From NCBI GenBank assembly GCA_030390025.1, contig CM059432.1, positions 48,052,001 to 48,116,000 of the forward strand: 64,000 nt of DNA. The letters run 5' to 3'. The position numbers and the translations under genes were made by a program. The DNA comes from Squalus acanthias. Taxonomy: Eukaryota. Within the stretch, counting starts at the first letter, position 1. Each line of letters begins with the position of its first letter. This document shows positions 12,040 to 23,073 of the stretch, piece by piece. The notes under the pieces were generated by a model. That model worked only from the letters and a program-made list of their open reading frames with translations. It made no database searches and had not been told where the DNA came from.

Positions 12040-14969
12040 TATGGCAGGGGGCTAGAAACCTATGTAGTGAAATAGAGGAAAGTGAAAGGCAGACAGAAAT
12101 AAATGGTAAAAGGGTGAGGAACAAAAAACAAAGGGCCAAACTAATTCATAAAAAATGTGAGCATAAAAAAAGCCTGAGGGTTTTATACCTTAATGCGAGA
12201 AGCATCAGGAACAAGGTAGATGAATTAGCTGTGGAAATAGAGGTTAATAATTATGATCTAATTGGGATTACGGAAACATGGTTGCAGGGTGAGCAGGGCT
12301 GGGAGCTTAACATACAGGGGTATTCAGTATTTAGGAAGGATCGACAAAAAAGAAAGGGAGGAGGGGTAGCATTGCTGGTAAAAGAGGGGATAAATGCAAT
12401 TGAAAGGAAGGATATTAACTCAGTTAATACAGAATCTATATGGGTGGAGCTAAGAAATAGCGAGGGGCGAAAAACATTAATAGGAGTGGTATATAGGCCT
12501 CCAAATAGTAAAATAGAGGTTGGGGAGGGCATCACAAGGGAAATTAGAGAAGCGTGCAATAAGAGCACAGCTGTCATCATAGGTGACTTTAACTTACATA
12601 TAGATTGGGCTAGCCTAATCAGTAAAAATAATGAGGAGGAGGAATTCCTTGAGTGTTTAAGGGATGGTTATCTGGATCAATATGTCGAGGAACCAACTCG
12701 GGAACAGGCTATATTGGACTGGGTACTGTGCAATGAGAAGGGACTAATTAGTAATCTTGTTGTACGGGGACCCTTGGGTCAGAGCGATCATAACATGATC
12801 GATTTCTCACTCGAAATGGAGAGCGAAGAAATTGACTCAGACTAAGGTCCTGAATTTAAACAAGGGGAATTATGATGCCATTAGACGGGAACTGAGTAGG
12901 TCTGATTGGACAACGTTCCTGGGAGGACTGGAGGTAGATAAACAATGGCAAGCATTTAAAGATAGAATGACAAAATTGCAAAAATTGTTTATACCAATCT
13001 GGCATAAAAGGAAATCTAAAAAGGTGACTCAACCGTGGATAACAGGGGAAATTAGAGACAGCATAAAATCCAAAGATAGGGCGTATAAAATAGCCAAAAA
13101 AAGCGCCAGAGCGGAAGATTGGGAACAGTTTAAGATAGAGCAAAGGAGGACAAAGGGCTTAATCAAGAGGGGCAAAATAGCTTACGAAAGCAAGCTGGCG
13201 GAAAATATAAAAACTAACTCCAAAAGTATATCAAGAGGAAAAGACTGGTGAAAACCAAAGTTGGTCCATTGCAGTCAGATACGGGGGAATATATAACGGG
13301 AAATAAGGAAATGGCAGACCAACTAAATGCATACTTTGGGTCAGTCTTTACGAAGGAAGACACAAAAAACCTCCCTGGGATATCGGGAAAAATAGGGACA
13401 TTGGCAAAAGAGGAACTGACGCAAATCAATATCTCTAAGGATATGGTGTTAAGGAAGCTAAAGGGATTGAAGGCGGACAAATCCCCAGGGCCTGATAACA
13501 TGCATCCTAGGGTACTGAAGGAGGTGGCCCTAGAGATAGCGGATGCACTAAGTATGATTTTTCAGAATTCATTAGACTCGGGAACAGTGCCCATGGATTG
13601 GAGGGTAGCTAACGTTACCCCACTATTCAAAAAGGGGGGTAGGGAAAAAGCAGGTAATTACAGACCTGTAAGCCTTACATCAGTTGTGGGCAAAATGCTG
13701 GAGTCCATCATTAAGGATGAAATAGCGGAGCACTTAGCAAATGGGGACAGGATAGGACAGAGTCAACATGGATTTACAAAGGGTAAATCGTGCTTGACTA
13801 ATCTATTGGAATTTTTTGAGGGAGTAACTGGTAAAATAGATGGGGGAGAGCCAGTAGATGTGGTGTACCTGGACTTCCAAAAGGCCTTCGATAAGGTCCC
13901 ACATAAAAGATTAGCGTGGAAAATTGAAGCTCATGGGATAAAGGGGAAAGTATTGACGTGGATAGAGAACTGGCTGTCAGATAGAAAACAGAGAGTTGGA
14001 ATAAACGGCTCATTTTCTGAATGGCAGGCAGTAACAAGTGGGGTACCACAGGGATCTGTCCTGGGTCCCCAGCTGTTCACAATTTACATTAATGACCTGG
14101 ATCAGGGAGTCGGATGCAGCATTTCCAAATTTGCAGACGACACTAAACTAGGAGTGGGGGTGGGCTCAGAGGAAGAGACCAGGAAGCTCCAGAGCGATTT
14201 GGACAGACTGGGTGATTGGGCGGATAAATGGCAGATGCACTATAATGTGGACAAGTGCGAAGTTATCCACCTTGGGTGCAGGAACGGGAGGGCAAATTAT
14301 TATTTAAATGGCAATAAATTGGGAGAGGGGGAAGTACAGAGAGACCTGGGTGTTCCTGTACACCAGTCACTGAAGGCGAGCATGCAGGTGCAACAGGCGG
14401 TCAAGAAGGCAAACGGTATGCTGGCCTTCATAGCAAAAGGGTTGGAATACAGGAACAGGGATACCTTGCTGCAGCTGTACAGGGCACTGGTGAGACCACA
14501 CCTCGAGTACTGTGTACAGTTTTGGTCGCCTCATCTGAGGAAAGATGTTCTTGCCATGGAGGGGGTGCAGCGGCGATTCACCAGGCTGATACCAGGAATG
14601 GCGGGATTGACCTATGAGGAGAGACTATGTAGTTTAGGGATGTACACACTGGAGTTTAGAAGATTGAGAGGGGACCTCATAGAAGTGTATAAAATTCTGA
14701 CAGGTCTAGACAGACTAGATGCAGAAGGAATGTTTCCCTTGGCGGGTGAGAACAGAACTAGAGGACATAATTTAAGGATAAGGGCTAAACCATTTAGGAC
14801 AGAAATGAGGGGGAATTTCTTCACTCAGAGGGTGGTGAACCTGTGGAACTCATTGCCACAGAGGGCAGTGTACGCCAGCTCATTAAATATATTTAAGAGG
14901 GAATTAGATATATTTCTACAGGCAAAAGGGGTTAAGGGTTACGGAGAGAAGGCGGGGACGGGATACTGA
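12030..14969 (+). pseudogene. CR1 ORF2p: APE endonuclease + reverse transcriptase; frameshifts near 12840 and 13225
   Basis: [51 protein letters not shown] (ORFs 12114-12845, 12832-13251, 13248-14969). Confidence 0.95.
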
Positions 14970-17454
14970 ATTGGAGGATCAGCCATGATCTCATTAAATG
15001 GCGGAGCAGGCTCGAAGGGCCGGATGGCCTACTCCTGCTCCTATCTTCTATGTATCTATGTATCTATTAAAAGGTATGATGGTAGACAAGCAATGGCTAG
15101 CATTTAAAGAATTAATACATAATTTACAACAAATATACATTCCTTTAAGGCACAAAACCCCACAGTGGATGTGGTGAATTTGGATTTTCAGAAGGCATTC
15201 AATAAGGTGCCACACATGAGGTTATTAAACAAAATTAGGGCTCATGGGATTTGGGGTAATATACTAGCATGGATTGAGGATTGCTTAACGGACAGAAAAC
15301 AGAGAGTAGGAATAAACGGGTGATTTTCGGGTTGGCAGGCTGTAATTAGTGGAGTACCACAACGATCAGTGCTTGGGCCTCAGCTATTCACAATCTACAT
15401 CAATGATTTGGGTGAGGGGACCTAATGTAATATATCCAAGTTTGCTGATGATACAAAGCTGGGTGGGAATGTAAGTTGAGGAGGATGCAAGGAGGCTTCA
15501 AGGGGATTTAGACAGGCTAAGTGAGTGGGCAAGAACATGGCAAATGGAATATAATGTGGAGAAATGTGAAGTTATCCACTTTGGTAGGAAAAATAAAAAA
15601 GCAGAGTATTTTTTAAAATGGTGAGAGATTGGGAAATGTTGGTGTTCAGAGGGACCTGGGTGCCCTTGTACACGAATCACTGAAAGTTAACATTGCAGTT
15701 ACAGCAAGCAATAAGGAAAGCAAATGGTATGTTGGCCTTTATTACAAGAGGATGAGAGTATAAGAATAAAGACGTCTTACTGCAATTATATAGGGCCCTG
15801 GTGAAACCACACCTGGAGTATTGTGTATAGTTTTGGTCTCCTTACCTAAGGAAGGATATACTTGCCATAGAGGAAGTGCAACAAAGGTTCACCAGGCTGG
15901 TTCCTGGGATGGGGGGATTGTCCTATGAGGACAGATTGAGTAGACTAGGCCTATATTCTCTAGAATTTAGAAGAATGAGAGGTGATCTCATTGAAACATA
16001 CAAAATTCTTACAGGGCTTGACAGGGTAGATGCAGGGAGTCTAGAACCAGGGGTCACAGTCTCAGAATTAGGGGTCGGCCATTTAGGACTGAGATGAGTA
16101 GAAATTTCTTCACTCAGAGGGTGGTGAATCTTTGGAAATCTTTACCCCAGAGGGCTGTGGAGGCTCAGTTGTTGAGTCTATTCAAGACAGAGATCGATAG
16201 ATTTTTGAATATTAAGGGAATCAAGGGTTTTGGGGCTAATGCAGGAAAGTGGAGATGATGTAGAAGATCAGCCATGATCTTATTGAATGGCGGAGCAGGC
16301 TCGAAGGGCCAAATGGCCTACTCCAGCTCCTATTTCTTATGTTTCTTATGTTCTTATGTAAAAGTGCCATAGCAACGCTGGACGTAATAAATGTCTATAT
16401 ATAGCAGTTATCCAGCAATTCTAGGGCGAGCAGAAAAACAATCACCCCAGGAAGTACAATCAATTTCAGAGAGATCAATTTGCACTTCACTACCTGTACT
16501 TCATGTGGAATTTTGCAGATGCTCAGTGTTTCTCCCAGCCTGGAGGCAGATGGCCCCTTTAAGCTGCTGCAAATGCCAAAGTACTGCAGCAACAGGAATT
16601 TTCCATCACAACCCTTGGGCGGTGAGCTCCCGAGCACAGGCAGAATACCTACTGGGCCCCACCCAAAATAAGTTAAGTTAAGCAGTGTTTCTGAATAGCA
16701 GGGAGGGTGGACCATCAGGGCTCAGACAATGCGGATTGGTTGCAAGCCACAATCGCCAGGGTACGGCGCATAGGGAAATTCAGTCGGGTCAGAGTCTATG
16801 TGTCGAGTGGGTGTAAGTCACGCTCCACCATACTGGTGGCAGATTAATTCGTAAAGGGAAAAATCTCAGCCAATATGTTTAATTAACTGAAGGCCATTAT
16901 TTGATTTGAAGTCTGAAAATTAACACTATTATTTCAGCGACTGAGTTATAACATTGAATGGCCACAGTAATTGATGATTGTTACCTTTGGAATTCACACC
17001 TTAGTCAGTTAAGAATTCTTTACCTGGCAGACAGCAAGTAATTTCCTTTCATAATTAGAACATATTAAATATAAGCTTGTCTCCTCTTGTTTGAGGTGAA
17101 TGAGGCAAAGCTAATTTTTTTATTTGGCAAAGACACAGGTTTGTTTCTTGTAATGTTTTCTTGTATTAAAGTCAATGTAAAGGAAAATTGGGCAGGATTG
17201 TCAATTTGATACTGCCAGTTTTACACCTCTGCCAAAATTGAAAATTATCCCCAGTATGTCACTCAAAAAGGACAAAACTACATTTGGATCTTAATTTCAT
17301 GCTATAATTAAATATATCTGGATCCCTTGGAGTTGTAACATTTTTTTTTTTAATGTTCACAGGGGAAGACATGAACAACATCCTCTCCTCAAAAATGAGT
17401 GCCAAGGCAAAATTCAGGAATTTGATATAAATGAGATGGACAAGCTTGAACGGT

Positions 17455-18442
17455 CTTTTTTATATTCATTTATGGGATCAGGGCGTCGCTGGCAATGCCA
17501 GCATTTATTGTCCATCCCTAGTTCCCCTTGAGAAGGTGGCGGTGAGCCACCTTCTTGAACCGCTGCAGTCCGTGTGGTGAAGGTACTCCCACAGTGCTGT
17601 TAGGGAGGGAGTTCCAGGATTTTGACTCAGCGACGATGAAGGATCGGCGATATACTTCTAAGTCAGGATGGTGTGTGACTTGGAGGGGAACTTGGAGGTG
17701 GTGGTGTTCCCATGCGCTTGCTGCCCTTGTCCTTCTAGGTGGAAGAGGTCGTGGGTTTGGGAGGTGCTGCCGAAGAAGCCTTGACGAGTTGCTGCAGTGC
17801 ATCTTGTAGATGGTACACACTGCAGCCACGGTATGCCAGTGGTGGAGGGAGTGAATGTTTAAGGTGGTGGATGAGGTGCCAATCAAGCAGGCTGCTTTGT
17901 CCTGGATGGTGTCAAGCTTCTTGAGTGTTGTTGGAGCTGCACTCATCCAGGCAAGTGGAGAGTATTCCATCACACTCCTTACTTGTGCCTTGTAGATGGT
18001 GGAAAGGCTTTGGGGAGTCAGGAGGTGTGACACTCGCTGCAGAATACCTAGCCTCTGACCTGCTCTTGTTGCCACAGTATTTATGTGGCTGGTCCAGTTA
18101 AGTTTCTGGTTAATGGTGACCCCCAGGATGTTGATAGTGGGGGATTCGGCAATGGTAATGCCATTGAATGTCAAGGGGAGGTGGTTAGACACTCGCTTGT
18201 TGGAGATAGTCATTGCCTGGCACTTCTGTGGCACGAATGTTACCTGCCACTTTATCAGCCCAAGCCTGAACGTTGTCCAGGTCTTGTTGCATGCGGGCAT
18301 GGACTGCTTCATTATCTGTGGAGTTGTGAATGGCGCTGAACACTGTGCAGTCATCAACGAACAACCCCATTTCTGACCTTATGTTGGAGGGAAGTTCATT
18401 GATGAAGCAGCTGAAGATGGTTGGGCCTAGGACACTGCCCTG
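17455..18442 (-). mobile_element. CR1-group LINE family A, 5'-truncated
   Basis: ORF 17518-18357 with SVMEYSPLAW; shared 3' tail. Confidence 0.9.
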
Positions 18443-18940
18443 TACAAATAAATCCCCTGTGATAGATGTTATTTATTCCAGGGTGTTAAGAGAGACTAGT
18501 GAGGAGATTTGCAAGGAACTATGTGGAGATACCAGTAGATTGGAAACTTTAACCTTGCAGCTTGAACTTGCAGTTAGGGATAAAATGCAGCCACTATTAG
18601 AGCCAGGGGAACTTAAACAGCAGAAGAGAGGAGACTGGGGGGAAAAAGAGCAAAGGATGGCAACAGATGGCCAAGGATGGCAAAGGAGCTCCCTAGGGAG
18701 CTGCCAGCACAGGAGCCATCCTGAGCCCACTGCCCATCCCCCGACCATGCCTGTTCTTTGTTCTCAGTGAGCACTGGCTCTTCACTTAAACTTAGCTCCC
18801 AAATTCCCAGACCTCTCTGCCGTCAAGACTACGCTTCCCCACTAGACTCGTGATCTAGTGACTCGTGGATCGCGAATGGAGTTCGGAGCCAGGCATCATG
18901 AGAATACCAGTGCTAATTTGATCCTGTGAGAGATAACATC

Positions 18941-19463
18941 ATTCATGTCCGAGGCCGGGACCCAGGAGCGAGGACGAGCCCAGCAGCGAGGTCAAGGCCC
19001 AGGAGTGGCGCAGCGTGGACCAGCAGCAGGGTCGGGGCCCAGGGAAGATGCAGCACGGGCCAACAGTGATGTCGGGAGGACCACAATGCATCCTACGAAA
19101 CCCAGGCAGAGAGGACCTGCGGTAAGGAGGGAGGAGGACAGTAGGAGTATGTTTCTGTGTGTGTGCTAGGCCGTTGTAGCAGAGCCTGGTCTCCAATCGT
19201 CTTGGATCCCCTTGCCATTGGACCAAGACCTTGCTCTGTCAAGCCCATGTGGTAGCTGGTGTGCAACGGCCACCCCATGTTAAAAGAATTCACGCACAGG
19301 CCTCCTCCACCCTTTAAAGTGAAGTTCGGGACCTGGAACGTCAGGACCCTCATGGACAACCCCAACAGTGACAGAGACTGTAGGTCCCGCATTGGACTTA
19401 TCAGTCACCTGCGAACTCATTTTTAATGTGGAAGCAAGTCATCCTCGGTTCCGAGGGACAACC

Positions 19464-19494
<31 letters not shown>

Positions 19495-19507
19495 AAGAAG
19501 AAGAAGA
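18941..19507 (+). mobile_element. Internally deleted (bipartite) RTE-clade element with (AAG)n tail; left boundary uncertain
   Basis: 19319-19426 reads KFGTWNVRTLMDNPNSDRDCRSRIGLISHLRTHF*, i.e. the RTE endonuclease start fused to the C-terminal C2H2-like end; about 14 AAG repeats follow. Confidence 0.8.
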
Positions 19508-19514
19508 TTGGAAA

Positions 19515-20392
19515 CAACAACACTTTCATTTATATAGCGCCTTTAATGTAGCAAAACTTCAAGGCATTTCACAAGAGTGTTATCAATAAAAATTTTACAC
19601 TGAGGCACAGAAAAAGATATATCAGTACAGATGACCAAAAGCTTCGCCAAAGAGGTAGCTTTTAAGCAGCATCCTAAAGAATGAGAGAGAGGTAGAAAGG
19701 CGGAGAAGTTTAGGAAGGGAATTGCAGGGCTTAGAGCCAAGGCAGCTGCAATCACAGCCGCCAATGGTGGAGCAGTTAAAATCGGGGATGTGCAAAATGC
19801 TAGAATTGGAGGAGGGCAGAGATCTCAAAGAATGTAGGACTGGAGGAGGTTACAGAGATAGGGAGGGGCGAGGCTCTGGAGGATGAGAATTTTAAAATTG
19901 AGGCATTGCCTGACCGGGAGCCAGTGTAGGTCAGCAAGCACAGGAGTGATGGATGAATGGGACTTGGTGTGAGTTAAGATACGGACAGCAGAGTTTGGAT
20001 GAGCACAAGATTATGTAGGGTGAAAGATGGGAGGCCAGCCAGGAGAGCGTTGGAATAGTCAAGTCTAGAGGTAACAAAGGCATGGATGAGGGTTTCAGCG
20101 GCACATGAGCTGAGGCTGGGTCGGAGTCGGGCAATGTTACGGAGGTGGAAATAGGTAATCCTGGTGATGGAGCTGATATGTGACCGCAAGCTCATTTCAG
20201 GGTCAAATACAACACTGTCTGCGCTTCAGACAGTTGCCAGGGAGAGGGATGGAAACGGTGGCCAGGGAATGGAGTTTGTGGTGGGGACCGAAGACAATGG
20301 GCTTCAGGCTTCCCAATACTTAGTTGGAGGAAATTTCTGCTCATCCAATACTGGATGTCAGACAAGCAATGTGACAAATCAGAGACAGTGTG
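19515..20392 (-). mobile_element. L2 LINE 3' fragment
   Basis: YFHLRNIARLRP, SRLDYSNALLAGLP (ORF 19974-20195); L2 tail. Confidence 0.9.
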
Positions 20393-20569
20393 ATAAATCA
20401 GGCAAATGTGTTCCCCATAGCCAAAAAGGGTGACAAAGCAGACACAAGCAACTGCAGACCCATTAGTCTTACTATAATTCCATGTAAAATAATGGAATTG
20501 ATTATCAGAAGTAAACTTGATTATCTTGAGTATCTGCCCAACAAAATCCCAGTAAATAGCAGTCAAAGA

Positions 20570-20890
20570 AAAGAAAGAACTTGGATTTATATAATAGCAA
20601 AATACTGCGGATGCTGGAAATCTGAAATAACAACAGAAAACGCTGGAAAAACTCAGCAGGCCAGGCAGCATCCGTGGAGAGAGAAAGAGAGTTAACGTTT
20701 CAGGTCGATGACCTGAAACGTTAACTCTCTTTCTCTCTCCACGGATGCTGCCTGGCCTGCTGAGTTTTTCCAGCGTTTTCTGTTGTTATTTTGGATTTAT
20801 ATAGTGCCTTTCATGACGTTAGGACATCCCAAAGCGCTTTACAGCCAATTAAGTACTTTTGAAGTGTAGTCACTGTTGTAATATAGGAAT
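20570..20890 (-). mobile_element. 3' part of a Deu-domain-type SINE, split by a Penelope-derived fold-back insert
   Basis: Reverse complement reads ACAACAGTGACTACACTTCAAAAGTAC..GGCTGTAAAGCGCTTTGGGA...TATATAAAT + (CTTT)n; resembles AmnSINE1/SacSINE1 tails from recall. Confidence 0.65.
20594..20790. mobile_element. Penelope pLTR-derived fold-back insertion
   Basis: 13-bp TSD TTGGATTTATATA (20581-20593 / 20791-20803); perfect 82-bp inverted repeat; homologous to the PLE end at 21461-21580. Confidence 0.85.
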
Positions 20891-21460
20891 GTTGTAAAGT
20901 CAACATGACTTTAGATGGGGACCTACTCTCTGACTAACTACCTTGATTTCTTTGACTGTGGTAAATCTTACAATGTTGTGTACTTAGACTTCCAAAAGAT
21001 ATTTGATAAAGTTCCACATGAAAGGCCATTAATTAAGCTCAAAGGGTAAAACTTGGGTATGAATTAGAAACAATGGGCATTGGTTAGAGGGGGAGTATGG
21101 AATGGGGGATCCCCAGCCCTCAGTATTAGGACCTCTGCTGTTTCTAATTACAGTAATGGCTTAGATTCAGAGCTCAATGCAAACTGGTAAAATTTGCAGA
21201 CTAGTGTGGAGGGGGGCAATGGAATCAAAGAAGGCAACTCAGAAATTACAGAATGAGTTCAACAAAACATGTGAAAAATGGCAGATGAAATGAATGCTGA
21301 CAACTGTTGCACATAGGAGAGAAAAATGGGCAACATCCATACTCCATGAGTGGTGTTGAAATTACTGAGGATGTAGTTGAAAGAGATCTAGGAGTCTTAG
21401 TGGACTCAATGCTCAACATATCCATCCAAAGCAAAGCGGCAAACAGCAAAGTCAATAGAA

Positions 21461-22304
21461 AAGCAAAATACTGCGGATGCTGGGAATCTGAAATGAAAAC
21501 AAAAAGTGCTGAAATACTCAGCAGGTCAGGCAGCATCTGTGGAGAGAGAAACAGAGTTAACATTTCAGGTCGATGACCTTTCGTCAGAACTGGAAAAAGT
21601 TAGAGATATAACAGATTTTAAGCAAGTGCAGAGGGAGGTAAAGGGGGAAGGGGAGGAAAGAACAAGAGGGAAGGTCTGTGATAGGGTGGAAGGCAGGAGC
21701 GATTAAATGACAAAAGGTATGATGGTGCAAGGCAAAAGGAGATGGTGATGGGACAAGTAAAGATACAAAAGATAAGCCTAGAAGAGGTATAAATGGGAAC
21801 AGCAGAATTATCAACAGCTGCCATGTGAAAAAATAGGGGCAGAAGTTACGGTCTGAAATTGTTGAACTCGATATTAAGTCCAGAAGGTTATAAAGTGCCT
21901 AATGGAAAGATGAGGTGCTGTTCCCTGAGCATATGTTGAGCTTCATTGGAACAGTGTAAGAGGCAGAGGTCAGAGTGGGAGTAGTCTGGAGAATTAAAAT
22001 GACAGGAGACAAGAAGTTCGGGGTCATACTTGCGGACTGAACGGAGGTGTTCTGCAAAGCAGTCACCCAATCTGCGTCTGGTTTCCCCAATGTAGAGGAG
22101 ACCACATCTTGAGCAGTGAATCCAGTATACTAAATTGCAAGTACAAGTAAATCGCTGTTTCACCTGGAAGGAGTGTTTTTGGGGCCCTGGATAGTGGGAA
22201 GGGAGGAGGTAAAAGGGCAGGTTTTGCATCTCCTGCACTTGCATAGGAAGGGGAAGCGGTGTTGGGGGTGATTGAGGAGTGGACCAGGGTGTCGCGGAGG
22301 GAGC
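21461..22304 (-). mobile_element. 5'-truncated Penelope-like element (GIY-YIG endonuclease + pLTR)
   Basis: LVYWIHCSRCGLLYIGETRRRLGDCFAEH..CHFN (ORF 21888-22310); 11-bp TSD AGTCAATAGAA at 21450-21460 / 22305-22315. Confidence 0.9.
21555..21592 (-). ncRNA. Candidate minimal type I hammerhead ribozyme in the Penelope pLTR
   Basis: Minus strand AGTT-CTGACGA-(A)AGGTC atc GACCT-GAAA-TGTT-AACT: CUGANGA box, helix II, GAAA box and a potential helix I. Confidence 0.65.
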
Positions 22305-23073
22305 AGTCAATAGAATTTTTCACAATTGAATACAAGAAAGTTGTGATCAAACTGTACTGTGCTTTGGTCAGACCCCACCTTGAATACAGCGTCCAGTACA
22401 GGTTACCGAGGAACAAGAGAAACACTAAAGAATATAAGGCAGTGCAGAAAATGCCATGAAGCTGATGCCAAGTATCAGGGGTCTAAATTATGAGGAATGA
22501 TTGGAGAGACTGGGCTTTTCAGCTTGGAAAGGATGAATCTGAGGTGTGATCTTAGAGGTATAAAATATAGTACATGGTATCGAAAGGGTTAATCCAAAAG
22601 ACTACGGTAAAATAAACTGGGAATAGAACAAGGGGACATGAGTCAAACTAGTAAAAGTTAACTTTAGGACTGATATCAGGAAGTTCTTAACACAGAGAGT
22701 GATCAACATTTGGAATTGATGGGCAGAGTGGTGTAGGCAAAACACTGGAACCATTTCAGCATCAATTAGATGTAGCAATTGGGGGAAGAATAGGGTTGTT
22801 CTAGATGGATAAATTAATATGCATGGCCTTCCTCATCCGGAAGCATCTTGTTATCTTGTGAATGGTCAATAGGTGAAAGTTTTTCCAGGGTGAATTCAGT
22901 TAAATATAGTTTATAAGTTTAGTATTCACAAAGCCATTGAACCTCTCCCACCTGGAACATGGAAAAATTCCTTCCTTCTCCTTGACACACATATATACAC
23001 ACTTAATATGGAAACTGGCACAGTCAACATTACAGCACTGGTGAGTCACCTTCGCCAGGGAAGTAGATTCACG

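Larger units (their letters stand above)
11104..15066 (+). mobile_element. Near full-length young CR1 LINE lacking the 5' UTR and ORF1 start
   Basis: ORF1 + ORF2 with only about 3 frame disruptions; CR1 3' UTR with (TATGTATC)n tail. Confidence 0.95.
10908..16360 (+). mobile_element. Older CR1 (10908-11103 + 15067-16360) interrupted by a younger CR1
   Basis: LGKSDHNMIEF...VDWETT continues as LKGMMVD at 15067; degenerate RT and (TTCTTATG)-like tail at about 16335-16360. Confidence 0.85.
20940..22860 (+). mobile_element. Old degenerate CR1 RT region and 3' end, interrupted by a Penelope element
   Basis: YLDFQK.FDKVPH, ERDLGVLVD and LVRPHLEY remnants. Confidence 0.8.

Noticed and set aside
13248..14969. 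573-aa ORF as a functional host gene
   Set aside because: It is the RT part of a frameshifted CR1 ORF2 and ends in the CR1 3' UTR
18773..18912. CACTGG...CCAGTG as CACTA-like termini
   Set aside because: Only 6 bp match well and there is no TSD
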